From the NCBI GenBank assembly GCA_002269645.1, contig NIVC01000225.1, positions 694,286-758,285 of the forward strand: a DNA stretch of 64,000 nt. The letters run 5' to 3'. The stretch's first letter is position 1, and each line of letters opens with the position of its first letter. The position numbers and the translations under genes were made by a program. The notes under the pieces are model-generated. The model saw only the letters and a program-made list of their open reading frames with translations. It did not search any database and had not been told where the DNA came from. Below are positions 24,620-44,414 of the stretch, piece by piece. This stretch comes from Macrostomum lignano. Lineage: Eukaryota.

Positions 24620-25925
24620 GCTTGGAGGGGAATTGCTGAGATGTCAAGGCTTATGGGGTAATCGCTGAGATTTTAAGGCTTGGGAATTGGTTAGATTTCA
24701 AGGCTTACAGGGGGAATTGCTGAGATTTCAAGGCTTACAGGGGGAATTGCTGAGATTTCAAGGCTTACAGGGGGAATTGCTGAGATGTCAAGGCTTACAG
24801 GGGAATTGCTGAGATGTCAAGGCTTACAGGGGAATTGCTGAAATTTCAAGGCTTACAGGGCGAATTGGTTAGATTTCAAGGCTTACAGGGGGAATTGCTG
24901 AGATGTCAAGGCTTGCAGGGGAATTGCTGAGATTTCAAGGCTTACAGGGGGAATTGCTGAGATTTCAAGGCTTACAGGGGGAATTGGTGAGAGTTCAAGG
25001 CTTACAGGGCGAATTGGTGAGATTTCAAGGCTTACAGGGGGAATTGCTGAGATTTCAAGGCTTACAGGGCGAATTGCTGAGATTTCAAGGCTTACAGGGC
25101 GAATTGGTGAGATTTCAAGGCTTACAGGGCGAATTGGTTAGATTTCAAGGCTTACAGGGGGAATTGCTGAGATTTCAAGGCTTACAGGGCGAATTGGTGA
25201 GATTTCAAGGCTTACAGGGCGAATTGGTTAGATTTCAAGGCTTACAGGGGGAATTGCTGAGATGTCAAGGCTTACAGGGGAATTGCTGAAATTTCAAGGC
25301 TTACAGGGCGAATTGGTTAGATTTCAAGGCTTACAGGGGGAATTGCTGAGATGTCAAGGCTTGCAGGGGGAATTGCTGAGATGTCAAGGCTTGCAGGGGA
25401 ATTGCTGAGATTTCAAGGCTTACAGGGGGAATTGCTGAGATTTCAAGGCTTACAGGGGGAATTGCTGAGATGTCAAGGCTTGCAGGGGAATTGCTGAGAT
25501 TTCAAGGCTTACAGGGGGAATTGCTGAGATTTCAAGGCTTACAGGGGGAATTGGTGAGAGTTCAAGGCTTACAGGGCGAATTGGTGAGATTTCAAGGCTT
25601 ACAGGGGGAATTGGTGAGAGTTCAAGGCTTACAGGGCGAATTGGTGAGATTTCAAGGCTTACAGGGGGAATTGCTGAGATTTCAAGGCTTACAGGGCGAA
25701 TTGCTGAGATTTCAAGGCTTACAGGGCGAATTGCTGAGATTTCAAGGCTTACAGGGCGAATTGCTGAGATTTCAAGGCTTACAGGGCGAATTGGTGAGAT
25801 TTCAAGGCTTACAGGGCGAATTGGTGAGATTTCAAGGCTTACAGGGGGAATTGCTGAGATTTCAAGGCTTGGGAATTGCTGAAATGTCAAAGCTTACAAG
25901 AGGAATTGCTGAGATTTCAAGGCCA
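24620..25925. repeat. 29-30-bp minisatellite (GAATTGCTGAGATTTCAAGGCTTACAGGGG), about 43 copies
   Basis: Directly visible. Confidence 0.97.
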
Positions 25926-28900
25926 AGAGGATCCACATAAATAATTTTGTCCCTTGCTTATTGGCCACTTCAAAGGGGGCACTAGATTGCAAGTATAGAC
26001 CTATATATATGTTCAATTATAAACTAAAAGTTATATATCAAGGTTAGTTATAACATTTATCATTTTCAATTTTAAATTATTAATAATCTTCTAAAAAATA
26101 AATATTTGGGACCATTTTATAAGTATTTTGGATACCTTAACAATCCAAAACTCAATTTATAAGCAATTCTATGACTTTTCAAGATGTAAACCTAATTATG
26201 TATACCCAAATTTGGTGCAAGCAAGAAAAGTCTATATACTCGTAAATATACAATGTAATATATTTATAAAGCTTTGTAGGTCTTTTTACATACAAGGAAC
26301 ATATATGTATACTATATTTTATGCAGTAATGACAATAAAATAGGTGTATTACTATTATAGTAATTGAATAAAATTTAAAAAACTTTTATCCTACTATGTT
26401 TTTGAATATATATATGATTGTTTTATATGGAAAAGTAATCAGTACCAATACATATTTCCTATATCTAGTTCCCATATCTATGCCACAAAATAAATTAAAA
26501 GACTTAAAACTTGAAAGACTATTGGAACCATTGATTCAATGAATGGGAATAAGTGTTAGATTTTTTAGAAACGAATTAATGTTGCCAATTTAAAAGCTTA
26601 TGTGAGGTGAGCTCTTAAAAGTCACTAGGGTTGAAAACTCAACAGGAAAGATTTTCCACATCATATACCCATTGTGTATATAGGGATAATAAGGACTAAT
26701 GTTAAGATAAATGCTCACTTTCAATGTGAAGGGAGCTCTTAAGTCCCTAAGGGTTGGGGACTCAAGCAATAAAGATAATTGACACAAAATGCACATCATA
26801 GTTGGGATGGTAGGGGCTAAAGTAAGGATAAATGAAGCCAATAGGGAAGCTATTTAGCATTTGCGACTATCATAAAAGTATAGACTATAAACAATTCAAG
26901 AGGCTTTTGCTGCCTAATTATTTGGAGATTAGGTACCAACTAATAAGCAGACCATTGCTCTCATAGATCTTAATAAGCATGGGAGATTTTGTTACCTTAC
27001 TTTGCTCTAAGTCTAATTGTGTCATCTACTAATTTGTCTTTCATTGCAACATAAACCATATGTTATGGTAATCATACATGTGCAATGAGACATTTAGCCT
27101 TAATAAGACACTCATAATTACTCTTGCCATCTATCCAAAATTGCATTAGTTTTGCTTTAGGGTTTCTTTCACAAGTAAGTCACATTTTTGGTCAAAAAGT
27201 ATGTTAATATAGCCAGTTTAAATCAGAAAGGTTGCAAATATATAATAGTAATGTCATGTTTAAAGAGGAAAAAGAGAAGCGAGAATGGGGAAAAAAGAAG
27301 AGAGTAAAAGAAAGAAGGAAGAGGAAGAGGGGAGAAAGGAGAGAAAACACTCAAAATTAAATCAAGTTGATAGGCATTGAACACCATAAATATGCATTCT
27401 ACACTAATTGCAGAACATTACTCATAGTTAGCTGCATTCTTATAACTGTAAAAGCCAGTAGCAAGAAGTCCTAATGCCCCTCTATAATACTCTTAATAAG
27501 TGTCATTGGCTGGCAGTGCATTGAAACCACAGAAAGAAATTTATAGAGCTTTGAGAAAATTTATTTATAGATACAGATATAGATATGGATAGGCTATAAG
27601 AAAAATTTAAAGATATGGCTACAGATACAATTGCAAAAATTTTCTAGTAAAAGCAAAACTCTAATTATCATCTAGTTTCAATATAAATGCTTTTTTATAG
27701 CCTAAAACCAACAATTAAAATAGAGAATAGAGGGGTTAAGATAAAGAGATTCTTCAAAATACAAGTACAATGGTTTAATATAACATTGATATCAAATTAT
27801 ATAAAAATTATGGGCGGGTACAGCAAGTGGACTTTACCTGGTTTTAATGGTCGAGTGACCTGTCTCACTGCCCCCCCTTTTTTATTGCCTTGTACTTTTT
27901 TATGCGCTGTACATATGCCTTCTGACTAGCACCCCAAACCCCCAGTGTGTGTGTGTGCTTTATTTATATGTTGCTCAGCTTAGCGTGAGAGGGCGCTGCT
28001 GCCGCTCAAATTTTTTTCTTTTTAATTTTCGAATCAATACACTTGATTGTTCAAGTGCAATACACTTGAATTATTTGTCCCCAAATCGCTTTGGGGCCTG
28101 CCTTGTTGTGCTTGATCACCACTTGTTCCATCTCTGCCTCTTCATTCCAGACATTAATTTATATTAAACCTATATAATAGATTAATTTTACAAAATGACC
28201 ATAACATTTTTATTAATAAATAAGTTTAGTGATTTAGTTACTTAGGGCCTAGTGCATTTTAGGACCAAGATTTTAATATACATCTGCATTGCATATTTGA
28301 TTTATTAGCTATATTGCATATATTTTGTATATCTATCAGGGGCATAGTCAAGGGGGATTCTGAGGATTTACTAAAATAGTTTGTAGCAGTTATTACATAT
28401 TAGTATTATTAGTGTTGTACTCTTTCCTTTGTTGCCTTTCCTATCAACCATAGACAACATTGTGTTTGGTTAGAAAGCTTTTTGTATAAGCCAAGAAATA
28501 TACTCATCTTAGAGTGCATTAATAAAAACAACTTAATAGTAGTCAGCTACAAGTTAAATGAAATTTTATTCTCAGTCTAAGCTTTCATTTCATTATTTTA
28601 TTTATAATATAAATTTATTTAATAAATATATTGATTAATATTTAACATCTTATTTTTCATTTATTTTGCTCATTTATTCTAAGCAAATACTTAATAACAA
28701 ATACTTATTACTTATACCTTTGGATAACTTCAAAACAATCTGCATAAAAATAAAGCAATTTGTAAGTTTTAATCTTCTGTTCAATAAAAATTTGGTCAAA
28801 CAATTTTGTTAGATAAGTCCCTTCTTTTGCCTTAGTTTCAACAAGGGACCTATTTATATTAATACAGTGCCATAGTCAAGATGGCTTTTTTCACAGAAAA

Positions 28901-31900
28901 TTCCAACACAAAAGGGGGTTGAACATGCGCTGCACTGTGTAAAAATAAAGCAAGGTAGAAAAATCTGGCGCAGTATGGCATAAGACAAAAAATTGGCATA
29001 ATTTGGTGCAAAATAAAAATTTCTGAGGAGACAATATTTTCTGACAGAAAATTAACATGTAATTTCTTTTTATTAGCACTTTTTATTTGCTAGTATATTG
29101 ACAGCTTTTTACTTAATTTATGTTAACATTGCATTTTCTATGAAAAAGATTCAAATACAATTTTTACTAGTATTTTTCAAATGGAAAATTACTGATTTTT
29201 GTATTTTTTCAAAAAGTAGTGGTACATGGCACAAGCAAACTTTTTTGATAGGAATAGTTCCAGTGCATGGTGCAAGCCAACTTTTTTATAGGATTTATTA
29301 GTACACAGTGCAATCAAACTTTTTGATAGGATTCATTCCAGCGCAGGCATGCCATGATCCTGATTATGGATATAGCATCCCTCTAATATACCCTGCTAAT
29401 GTATTATTATATTGTATGGCATTTATATCTACTGAATTTTAGAAAAAAATAATTGCTAGTTAACTTAGTTATAGGCAACTGACATAAAAAATCTCACAGT
29501 CCTATGTATGATGCAAATTATTAATACTAGTAGGCCTAACTAATATAAATATAACAAGTCTACAGGTTCTTGAATCAATTAAACATATAGACCCTACTCT
29601 ACTCTCATTAAAATCTGTCATGCATTGCTTAAGCATAAAATTGAGCATAAAATTTCCTTCCTCAATAGATTAGTCATGTTTATAACTTATTGCTTTGTCT
29701 ATGTCCTCTGACCTCTATGCGACACGACAACAGTACGAAATAATTGGAGACAAGTGTAAAGTCAAATAAATAGAGTATACTAGAACTAGAGCTTTTGACA
29801 TTCCTGTACTCTCAGGTTTTTGCACTACACACGTATTTTACAACAGGTGAAGTGGCCAACATTGGTCGTATGGTTCCATTTACAATAACGCGTGCACAGC
29901 TTGGTTTGTCTCTCGCTGGAAGTACAAGGTGTAAGAAAAATTATTTCTTTCGAATAAAATAAGAGACTTAAAAAAAATATTCCACACAATTTGCCGTAGT
30001 TATCATTGTTGTTTTAATTAATTTTTGTAGTAAAACGCTTTTCAAAGTAATTAAATTTTAATATCATAGTAATTTCGTGAGAAATAAAAACATTTCACGC
30101 TTACTTTGTTTATATCACCAAAGCCACAAAACTTTAGGCTTACAGTCAATCCGGTGACAATGCGATTAGTGTGCAGCTTTTACTGCAAATAAAGAACACA
30201 TCGATTTAAATGCAGTTTCTTGTTGACATTTATTTCCAAAGAAATAGCGATCTAGGCTAAAACTGTTGAAAAGTCTAGCTAGTCACCTCGATCTCTGCGC
30301 AACCTCTCAGTTGAAAAGATTCGACCTTCGTGAAATTTTGATCTTGTGAAATTTGGAGCTTGAGAACAGTCTGGCCAAGGACAACTGTATACTGTACAGT
30401 GGTCCCGTGTCTATAGCTATACAATGTACATGTATACTGTGCACGGTACATGTAGATCAGGTTGTATGGAGTTTCGCTCCATATAATGAAACAATAACAA
30501 GTAGTAATTTCTGACGATTTAAAGTTTCCAGCAGCTAGCTTATGAATTTTTTTGAGTGTATGAAATGAATTGAAATTTTACATGTAGTTTCGGTAAATGG
30601 CAATTTGTTGTGAGCTTCGAGAGCTCCACCTGTTGCTGTTCTGCTTGTTCGACAAATTTAAATCCGAGCGAATGAAACTCGCTCATATTTAAATTTAAAT
30701 CCGAAGGCCACGAAAGCAAACCCGCGGCACTTCGTAGGTACAGAATATCTTGCATGGGTTGATTATACTGAATTATTGCGACCAACGTGCGTTAGGTTTA
30801 ATTTACAATGCTCGTATAGTTCAATGAGAAATTAAAATATATAGAGAAGGCCGCGGGCTCATATATCACATGCATTATATTTAGTTGTACATTTGTAAAC
30901 AAATGTACTAAAACTTAAGCTGCAATATGTTAAAAAAGCAAATAGTTCAATTAAACAGGCAAGTTCCAATTTCTCTTTTTTACTTATGGACCCAGTTCGG
31001 GTTGCTCTCGCCTTCGTCCGCAAAGGCAAAAACGATCAGGCGTTAATAAATTTTATGGCCATATTCACTATTATAAGCCATAAAACCATGCATATAGGGT
31101 TTGGTTCTGCGTCTTATAAGCATCTGAATCTGACGTTTTGTTCTGCGCATTCAGTTTATGCCATGCTTAGCTACTGCTTTAATTTGTTCCTTTTGGTATT
31201 TAATCTATGCTAAACCCTCAGTCCCGTAACACAATTAGACGTCCCTGTGAGGATGCAAATACGTCTCTAATTGGGGACGTATAATTCTAAGCCGCAAAAG
31301 TAGATAAAAGAAAGCCAGAGACACGCATAGTTCTTAAAAATCACTGGAAAATGGGAAAATATGGCTTGTTTTGTAGTAAAACATCAAGGCTAAGAATTTT
31401 TTATGAGTAATGTATGCATTATATACGTATCGTTTCGTATTTTTGGGACGAAAGAAACGAGAGGGAGAAAGTTTTTTTAATATGAATAATTTTGAATCAA
31501 TATCATTTTTACTTATACCTAACTAGCTTTTCATTGTAATAAGCAAATTTACCATAATAATATATAATACATTCAGCTAGAATTGTTTTAACTAGTAAAA
31601 ATTTAAACTCACAAATATAATGTGACTGCGCGCGCACATGCACACTCATTCATTGTTCAGCGCTGATGCGTCTAGACTTAGTGGACCACATCAATTTCAA
31701 ATTATTGCTACGCATCCTGTATAATATGAGATTTTAGTGTGTGCAGTAAACATATGTTTTCCTCACTAATGTTCGTAAGCACTAATAATTGAGTACGTTT
31801 ATAAATAAATATAATTCTATAGTTATGACAAAAATTGGGAGCCCAATCAAGTATATACCAAATAATCAGGCGCTGTAAATTTTTGTATGTCTTTTTGCAA

Positions 31901-32449
31901 TAAACTACCATGGATTTGTAATCTGATTATTTATGATGCGTGTAGTGATATATTAGCTAGTGCCATATTTATTTTGCTTAATATTTGTTTGGTACTTAAT
32001 TGCTTTATCTAGAGTACCATAGCTTATGTGTATCTCATGCCTGATATGATTTAGTAGGGCCTAGTTAATCAACATTTCATGTGCAATTGAATAGTGCTCA
32101 AAATCATGGAATATCTCGATTTTTATTGAGTAATTTGCCAAATTTACACAAGAGTTAAACCCACTGTGATGGCTCATTAGAATTAGTTTTTACTTTTTCC
32201 TCATTTGAGCTTTAAAAGTTGCATGCATGCAACCATTTGTTAGTATCTAAATATGTTGATAAGTTAAGAATTGCTCCAGAAATTTCATTAGTTGTGGGGT
32301 TTTTGCTTATAAATCTTATTAATGTTAGTTTTATAATTGGAATGTAGCATAATTATGACAATGCCATGGCTAAGAAATAAACAGTGATTTTATGCTACTA
32401 GTTTTCAAATATTATTGTTATTAGATTATTAAATTATAAGATTGCTACA

Positions 32450-32660
32450 GATGACGGGTCTATGACATTTTACTGCCTCAATTTGACTGCCACAAATTGA
32501 CTGCTACCCTTTTGACTGCTGACAATTTGACTGCCACCCATTTATTTGACTGCCATCCTTTTGACTGCTGACAATTTGACTGCTGGTCATTTGACTGCTG
32601 CCATTTTGACTCCCAGCAACATTTGACTGCCAGTGACATTTGACTGCCACTCACACTTTG
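32450..32660. repeat. Cluster of short TTTGACTGC motifs (about 11 copies, irregular spacing)
   Basis: Directly visible. It resembles the subterminal repeat arm of a non-autonomous DNA transposon. Confidence 0.7.
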
Positions 32661-32785
32661 AATATGAATCTAAGCAATTTCCTTAGCTGCCATAGTTGTA
32701 TGCTTCATTGCTTGTCACCCATTTGTGATCTGGATTTCCTATTGTTAGCCATCACTTAAATTATTTGTTGTAACCCTTTTTGCAG

Positions 32786-33354
32786 AGGAAGTATTGCGCT
32801 GGTCGAGCAGAAAATGCCGTTAAAATATCAGACGCCGTGTTGGCAATGCTGGTTTGGACGGCAAAGCCGTCCGTTTTGTGCAACTACAATATGGAAGGCC
32901 GAAGAGGCGACAAGCAAAAGTTGCCTGCACCAGTGGCCGACTGCGTAGTTGGTGAGTCTCTTGGTTTGCGCTGCTCTTTTAAAATAAACGCGTGGGACTC
33001 ATGCAAACTCTTAAACGCATTTTTTCAGGAGTCGTGCTGGACTCAAAATCCCTCCGCCGCCAGTTGGGATGCATCAGTGCCAGATCCTTTGTCGGCAGCG
33101 TCTTAAAGCGAATGAAACGGAAGTCCCAATCTGGTGCCGAATGCCTTGGTGTCGACAATGCAAACGAGCACACGGACAGTCGCGAAGAGACGGCCGAAAC
33201 AGTCGAGCCGAGTGGAGAGACTGACGAGGAGATAGACGAGGAGATGGACGAGGAGATCGACGAAGAGATGGACGAGGAGATCGACGAAGAGATCGACGAG
33301 GAGATCGACGAGGTCAACGAAGAGATGAACGAGGCAGATGTAGAGAGCGACTGA
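32786..33354 (+). CDS. Last two exons of a BEN/DUF4806-like domain protein with a poly-acidic C-terminus (5' exons not located)
   Basis: Exon 32786-32951 (tttttgcAG...GTGAGT), a 77-bp intron and exon 33029-33354 (ttttttcAG) are phase-1 compatible. Translation: RKYCAGRAENAVKISDAVLAMLVWTAKPSVLCNYNMEGRRGDKQKLPAPVADCVVGVVLDSKSLRRQLGCISARSFVGSVLKRMKRK...(DEEI/M)n. The LCNYN.EGR.G.K.KL pattern is BEN/DUF4806-like, recognised from memory and not searched. Confidence 0.65.
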
Positions 33355-35677
33355 CTCGACTGCAACCGACCCCACCCCACCCCGACTCTGCAGCTCCACC
33401 CACTCTGTCCCATTCTCACTCGTGCGCACGCGTCGCGACGAACTGTCTCTCTCATTCTCACTGTCTCTCATTTCCCACTGTCTCTCGCACTCCCACTTTG
33501 TCCCTCTATCTCTCTCATTCTCCCCTTTAACTCTCTCCCTCTCTTTCTCTAACTTTCTCACTCTCACTCTCGGTGTGAGGTGTAGAATTTGTTGCTAAAC
33601 GACTTTTCCAACCACGCAAACTGATGCCTCATTTTTTCTGCCATTTTTTCTCTATGTTGATAAAGATTGATGCTTAAAACTGAGTGAAATTTGCTGATTT
33701 TAATGAGCATTTTCATACCCCAATGGCAGTTGTTATTTTGACATGAGGCATCAGTTTGTGTGATTGCAAAATTTGTTTGGCAAGAAATTCTACACCTCAC
33801 ACATCACAAATCTCAGCATCACTGCCATAGCAAACAACTTTAATCCATCAAATTTGTGTTACAATCTCTTGTTGAAGTTTTCTGTTCAGGGAAATTTGTT
33901 AAAAGTTGTTCTGACATTTTGTTATAAAGTTTTTTTCTACGTCACCCTCACGTAGATATAAGTATTTACATTACTTTTTAAAATCAATTTTAAACACGTA
34001 CAAACTACAGTAATGTGAATCACTAAGTACACATATGAGAACCTTAGAACCGCATCTCGTATGCGTGGAAATCATACAGTTTTGTATGTGTTTGTGTGAA
34101 GTACTCGAGGTCTGCAGCTCTATTAAATTCAGTTTTTTGTTTGGCGTGAAATTTTGCCGCAGAGTCAGTCCGTGCAGAAGTGCAACAAGGATGGCAAATG
34201 CATGCGGTCGAGTTATTATGAAGGTCTCATAGGAGTCGCCTGGGGACGGCCATGGCACGTCTCGAAATTTCGTATCGGACACGTATCTGCAACTATCAAA
34301 AGTACTGTCCCTGAGACGAAACTTCTGGACCTCGGGGGGACGTCTCCGATACGTATCGATACGAAAAATTGCGTTACGGGAGTGATGATTTACAAATTCG
34401 TCCATATGGTTTTTGCTGACTTATGCAATCTACTGGTATTAAAAAACAAATGTTGGTCCGGATTCGATCGATGCTCTTCAAAATCGTATTTGCTAATTAA
34501 TACATCGTAACTGCATGTATAGGTTCGTCAGTAAATGATCAAATTGCTTTGTTGGTTGTGTCATCCCGCGATTAAGCAGAAACTTTAAACCCAGCTAAAA
34601 TTCATTGCATATTGGCCCCTGCAGATGATTTGTTTGATTTGTCATCAAAATTAATTTAACAGATGTGAAGATCATATGAAAGCCGCGTCTAAGAACTTTT
34701 TTGACGCACTAGTTGATAGTATTACGCCCGTGAAAGAGAGAACTGCTTATCAAGTATACTGTATAATGTAATTGGTAAGCCTAACAGAAGTGGCACGTAT
34801 TCGAAGGCTGCGATATAGCAGGCCGACTAAGGAGCAGCTAGAGTACTAACTTTACTTTATCGAGCCAGCTTATGGCTTTGCATGTAAATTTTTCTTTATC
34901 TTATTCACTCAGACTTTATAAATACATGTGACTCTGATCAATTTCGTTTATAAACTTCCACAACAACGGTTATATAACACACTGTATAATGTTACCACGT
35001 GTCCTTTGAAAAATTAAGATCGAACCGCTTCATGGTTTCACCCCATGACCGGTGATAACACCGGCTGTCCTGTTTCTTTCCGCATTGTACAAGCCACAGA
35101 AAAATTATAACAATAATTCCACCTGACCTGCCAAATTTCCGGGTTTATTCCGTTCTTAATTTAAACTGCAAGCCGGTACTCGCAACTTTGCTATAGTAGT
35201 TATACGATTTTAGAGAATTTACCAACAACAATCAGAGCCAACGCAAATTTTTAAATAAACTACATATAGCTTGCGACTTCTCAACCTTGATATCTCAGCA
35301 ATTTCTCCTACAGGGTAATGAAAAGTGTACAAGGAAAATTCAATTAAATTAAATGTTTTTGTTTTCAGCAGCACAAAATTGATTGTAATTGACACTCAGA
35401 TTAGAATTACGAGCTATTATTTTTACTATATATTTGTGCTACACGTTATACATGTAGAAAAATGTAAACTATTATATATATAACTAATAAGTTTATCAGG
35501 ATTATCAGAATTCTAAATTCTATTTTATTCAGGATTAAATATCCTACATCTAATCGAATGCTACTTTAAGTAGGGTTAGTTGTAAACATTTAAAATTTTA
35601 TTCAGAGCATTAATTTTATATACGAGCGTAGGCTCGTAGTCGCAACAAAAATGATAGAAAACTAATAAAGAATGGAT

Positions 35678-41392
<5,715 letters not shown>

Positions 41393-42295
41393 CTGTAAAG
41401 ATTGTAAAGATCTGTAAAGATTGTTGACAGTCAAAACAGTACCTAATGCATAGGAAAATCATCGCATATTTTATTTTTGCTAAATAAATTTAAACGCTTT
41501 TTGACTCATCTCTTAACTTTAACTATTTTCAGGTACATTTCAGGTAAAATTACCGGCTAAATCAATGGCCGACATGAATCGAAATTTATTTAGCTGAGAA
41601 TATTTTTATTGACAAAACTAAAGCCATAGTGTATTTTGTTTCAAAAGTTGTCGATTGTCGTGTGCGATTCGCACCCCATGAGGGCCAACCACCAAGGCAC
41701 AGAGAGTGCACATGCCTGACCGATTAGAAAGTCAATGAAATCTGCGTACTAACCGCAACCAATTCTGCTTAACCTATGGCGATCCCTGGGTCTGGTTATT
41801 CTTCAGCAATTCCCCCAAACTGTATGGCATATGGGAATAAATGGGAAAGAGAGAAAGGTTTCATGCTTATAGATTAAATATTGAAAGTGCCATTTTTAGG
41901 CTTTCATCTTTTAGTGGTGTGTTTACAAAAGCTCTTATCGTATTTATGGCTACCCTCCAGGCCGGGATGAAGGCTTGCATGGCCCGCCATAATCACGGAC
42001 ATCGATAGTGCAAGTAAGCATTGGCGGAAGTTGACCTGTTCGACTTATAAATACCAGCTATCATACTCTCCCAGATTGCTTCCAGGTTGAGTTGAGTAGC
42101 GCAGTTTTGTACTGTAGATAGCCACATGGACTACTTTAGCCTTTAAGGACCCTTAGTCCACTTGACTCGCTGCTGTAATCTTGATGCAGAACTCTAATCT
42201 AAAGTCTCCCCCGTTGTCCGTGTCATCAAACAGAGTGGATTTCCACTTGAAAGTCGCTTTGTGATGTATAGAAACACTGTTGAATCCGACTGGAT

Positions 42296-42512
<217 letters not shown>

Positions 42513-43389
42513 CAGACTCGCGCAGTCAGTCAGTCAGCAGTTGCTGACCGCATGCATTCGCATAGTTTCTGCCTACCCTAGCAAGCAAAGATGGCAGGCG
42601 CACTGCAGCAGACGAAACTTCTGGGTGTCAAGGAACTTCACCCCCCCCCCTCTTCACTCGATGCCAGACGGCAGGCAGCAGCTCTGTATGAACTGGTATA
42701 TTATAGTAAGACCACCATTTGTCCTGACTGGCGTACAGCGCAGACTTATTACACTAATTAGGGCACTGACAGCTTTGCGGAGTTGCAAAACGCTACACAG
42801 TTTTGGAAGGTCATTTCTCATTATTTCCCTCTCCCTCCCCGGCTGCTATCCACTTTCTTTTCTCCTCGTATCTCCCAGTCTGTATTAAAGAATTCTTCTT
42901 TTCCTGTATTCTATATTTTTAGCTATTATAGCCCCGTCTTCTTATCCACATTTTCTGCAACAATTGCTATCGGCTGCTACATTCTGTTTTGGACTCTATA
43001 GCGCAGTTAGTAGTCATTGGGTGAATTAGAAGCGACTTAAGTGTAATGGCTTAAATGCCTCTTTTAATATTAAGGTTTCAAACTATTCTGTTTATAATAA
43101 AGTAAAATTGGCTTCAGAAATATTTGCTACAGTTGGGGAACTGTGCGCTGTTATTGGTGTGATTGGCTTAGTGTAGCAGAATTTGGTGTCTGAACTAAAC
43201 GTATTCGTACGAATTCTGACGAAGAGTTCATATTTTTGTGTAGCCATGTAGGCTTAGACGGTCACGTTGAGGCTTTCTTTTCTCTCAACAAACCCGAGGG
43301 AAAGGTTGGTCCTAAAAATCACAGGGAAATGCAATGGCCCCAAACAGATCATATAATGAACGGTGGTAGCCCTAAAAGGATCACTAGGA

Positions 43390-43970
43390 ACGGTGGTTGC
43401 CCCAAAAATATCAACGAGTGGTGGTGGCCCCAAAAGATAAACAAGGAACGTTGGTGGCCCCAAAAATATCAACGAGTGGTGGTGGCCCCAAAGAATCATA
43501 GAAAACGGTGGTGGCCCCAAAAGATAAACAGGGAAGGTGGTGGCCCCGAAAGATAAACAGGAAGGTGGTGGCCCCAAAGATTCACATGGAACAGTGCTGG
43601 CCCCAAAAGGATCACAGGGAACGGTGGTGGCCCCAAAAATATCAACGAGTGGTGGTGGCCCCAAAGAATCATAGAAAACGGTGGTGGCCCCAAAAGATAA
43701 ACAGGGAAGGTGGTGGCCCCGAAAGATAAACAGGAAGGTGGTGGCCCCAAAGATTCACATGGAACAGTGCTGGCCCCAAAAGGATCACAGGGAACGGTGG
43801 TGGCCCCAAAAGGATCACAGGGAACGGTGGTGGCCCCAAAAGGATCACAGGGAACGGTGATGGCCCCAAAAGGATCACAGGGAACGGTGGTGGCCCCAAA
43901 AGGATCACAGGGAACGGTGGTGGCCCCAAAAGGATCACAGGGAACGGTGATGGCCCCAAAAGGATCACAG
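43390..43970. repeat. 30-bp minisatellite (GGTGGTGGCCCCAAAAGGATCACAGGGAAC), array 1
   Basis: Directly visible. The same family occurs at 46410-47122 and 49480-50150. Confidence 0.96.
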
Positions 43971-44414
43971 AAAGCGATGGCCGTGTCACCAAAGGAACGC
44001 TGCTGGCTCAAATAGAAACGGCAAAGTAATTTTTTGGCCCAGAAAAAGCTGCTTTTATGGCCAGTGAAAAGACGGTGCACTAATATCCCTTTTGAAGGAC
44101 GACTTTGTAAAGAGTAAAAACATGACGCGGTCAGGTTTGTTTTGTAAAAATACAGTCGATTGATATCTTTATTGCAGACATAACTTTAGCCAGTAAATTC
44201 ATTATAAGCACTCTAAATACAACCTGGACACCAGATGCCAAACAAACTTTATATACGCTATTTTTTTTTCAGGCCACTTGATAGGCCTGCAATTTCTTGT
44301 TTTGGTCCACTACACCAAAATTGCTGACATTATATAGGGAAGACAATGTTTATACCGCAGTCAAATCATTGTGGACATTGTGAACTTTTGTTGCCCAAAA
44401 AGAAGTACCTGCAT

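Noticed and set aside
24903-25940. ORFs of (GELLRFQGLQ)n
   Set aside because: They are translations of the 30-bp minisatellite, broken wherever a 29-bp unit occurs.
34230-34420. Possible selenoprotein (in-frame TGA after KYCP in a third plus frame)
   Set aside because: The frame has other stops nearby, no SECIS-like element was identified, and there is no similarity to known selenoprotein families.
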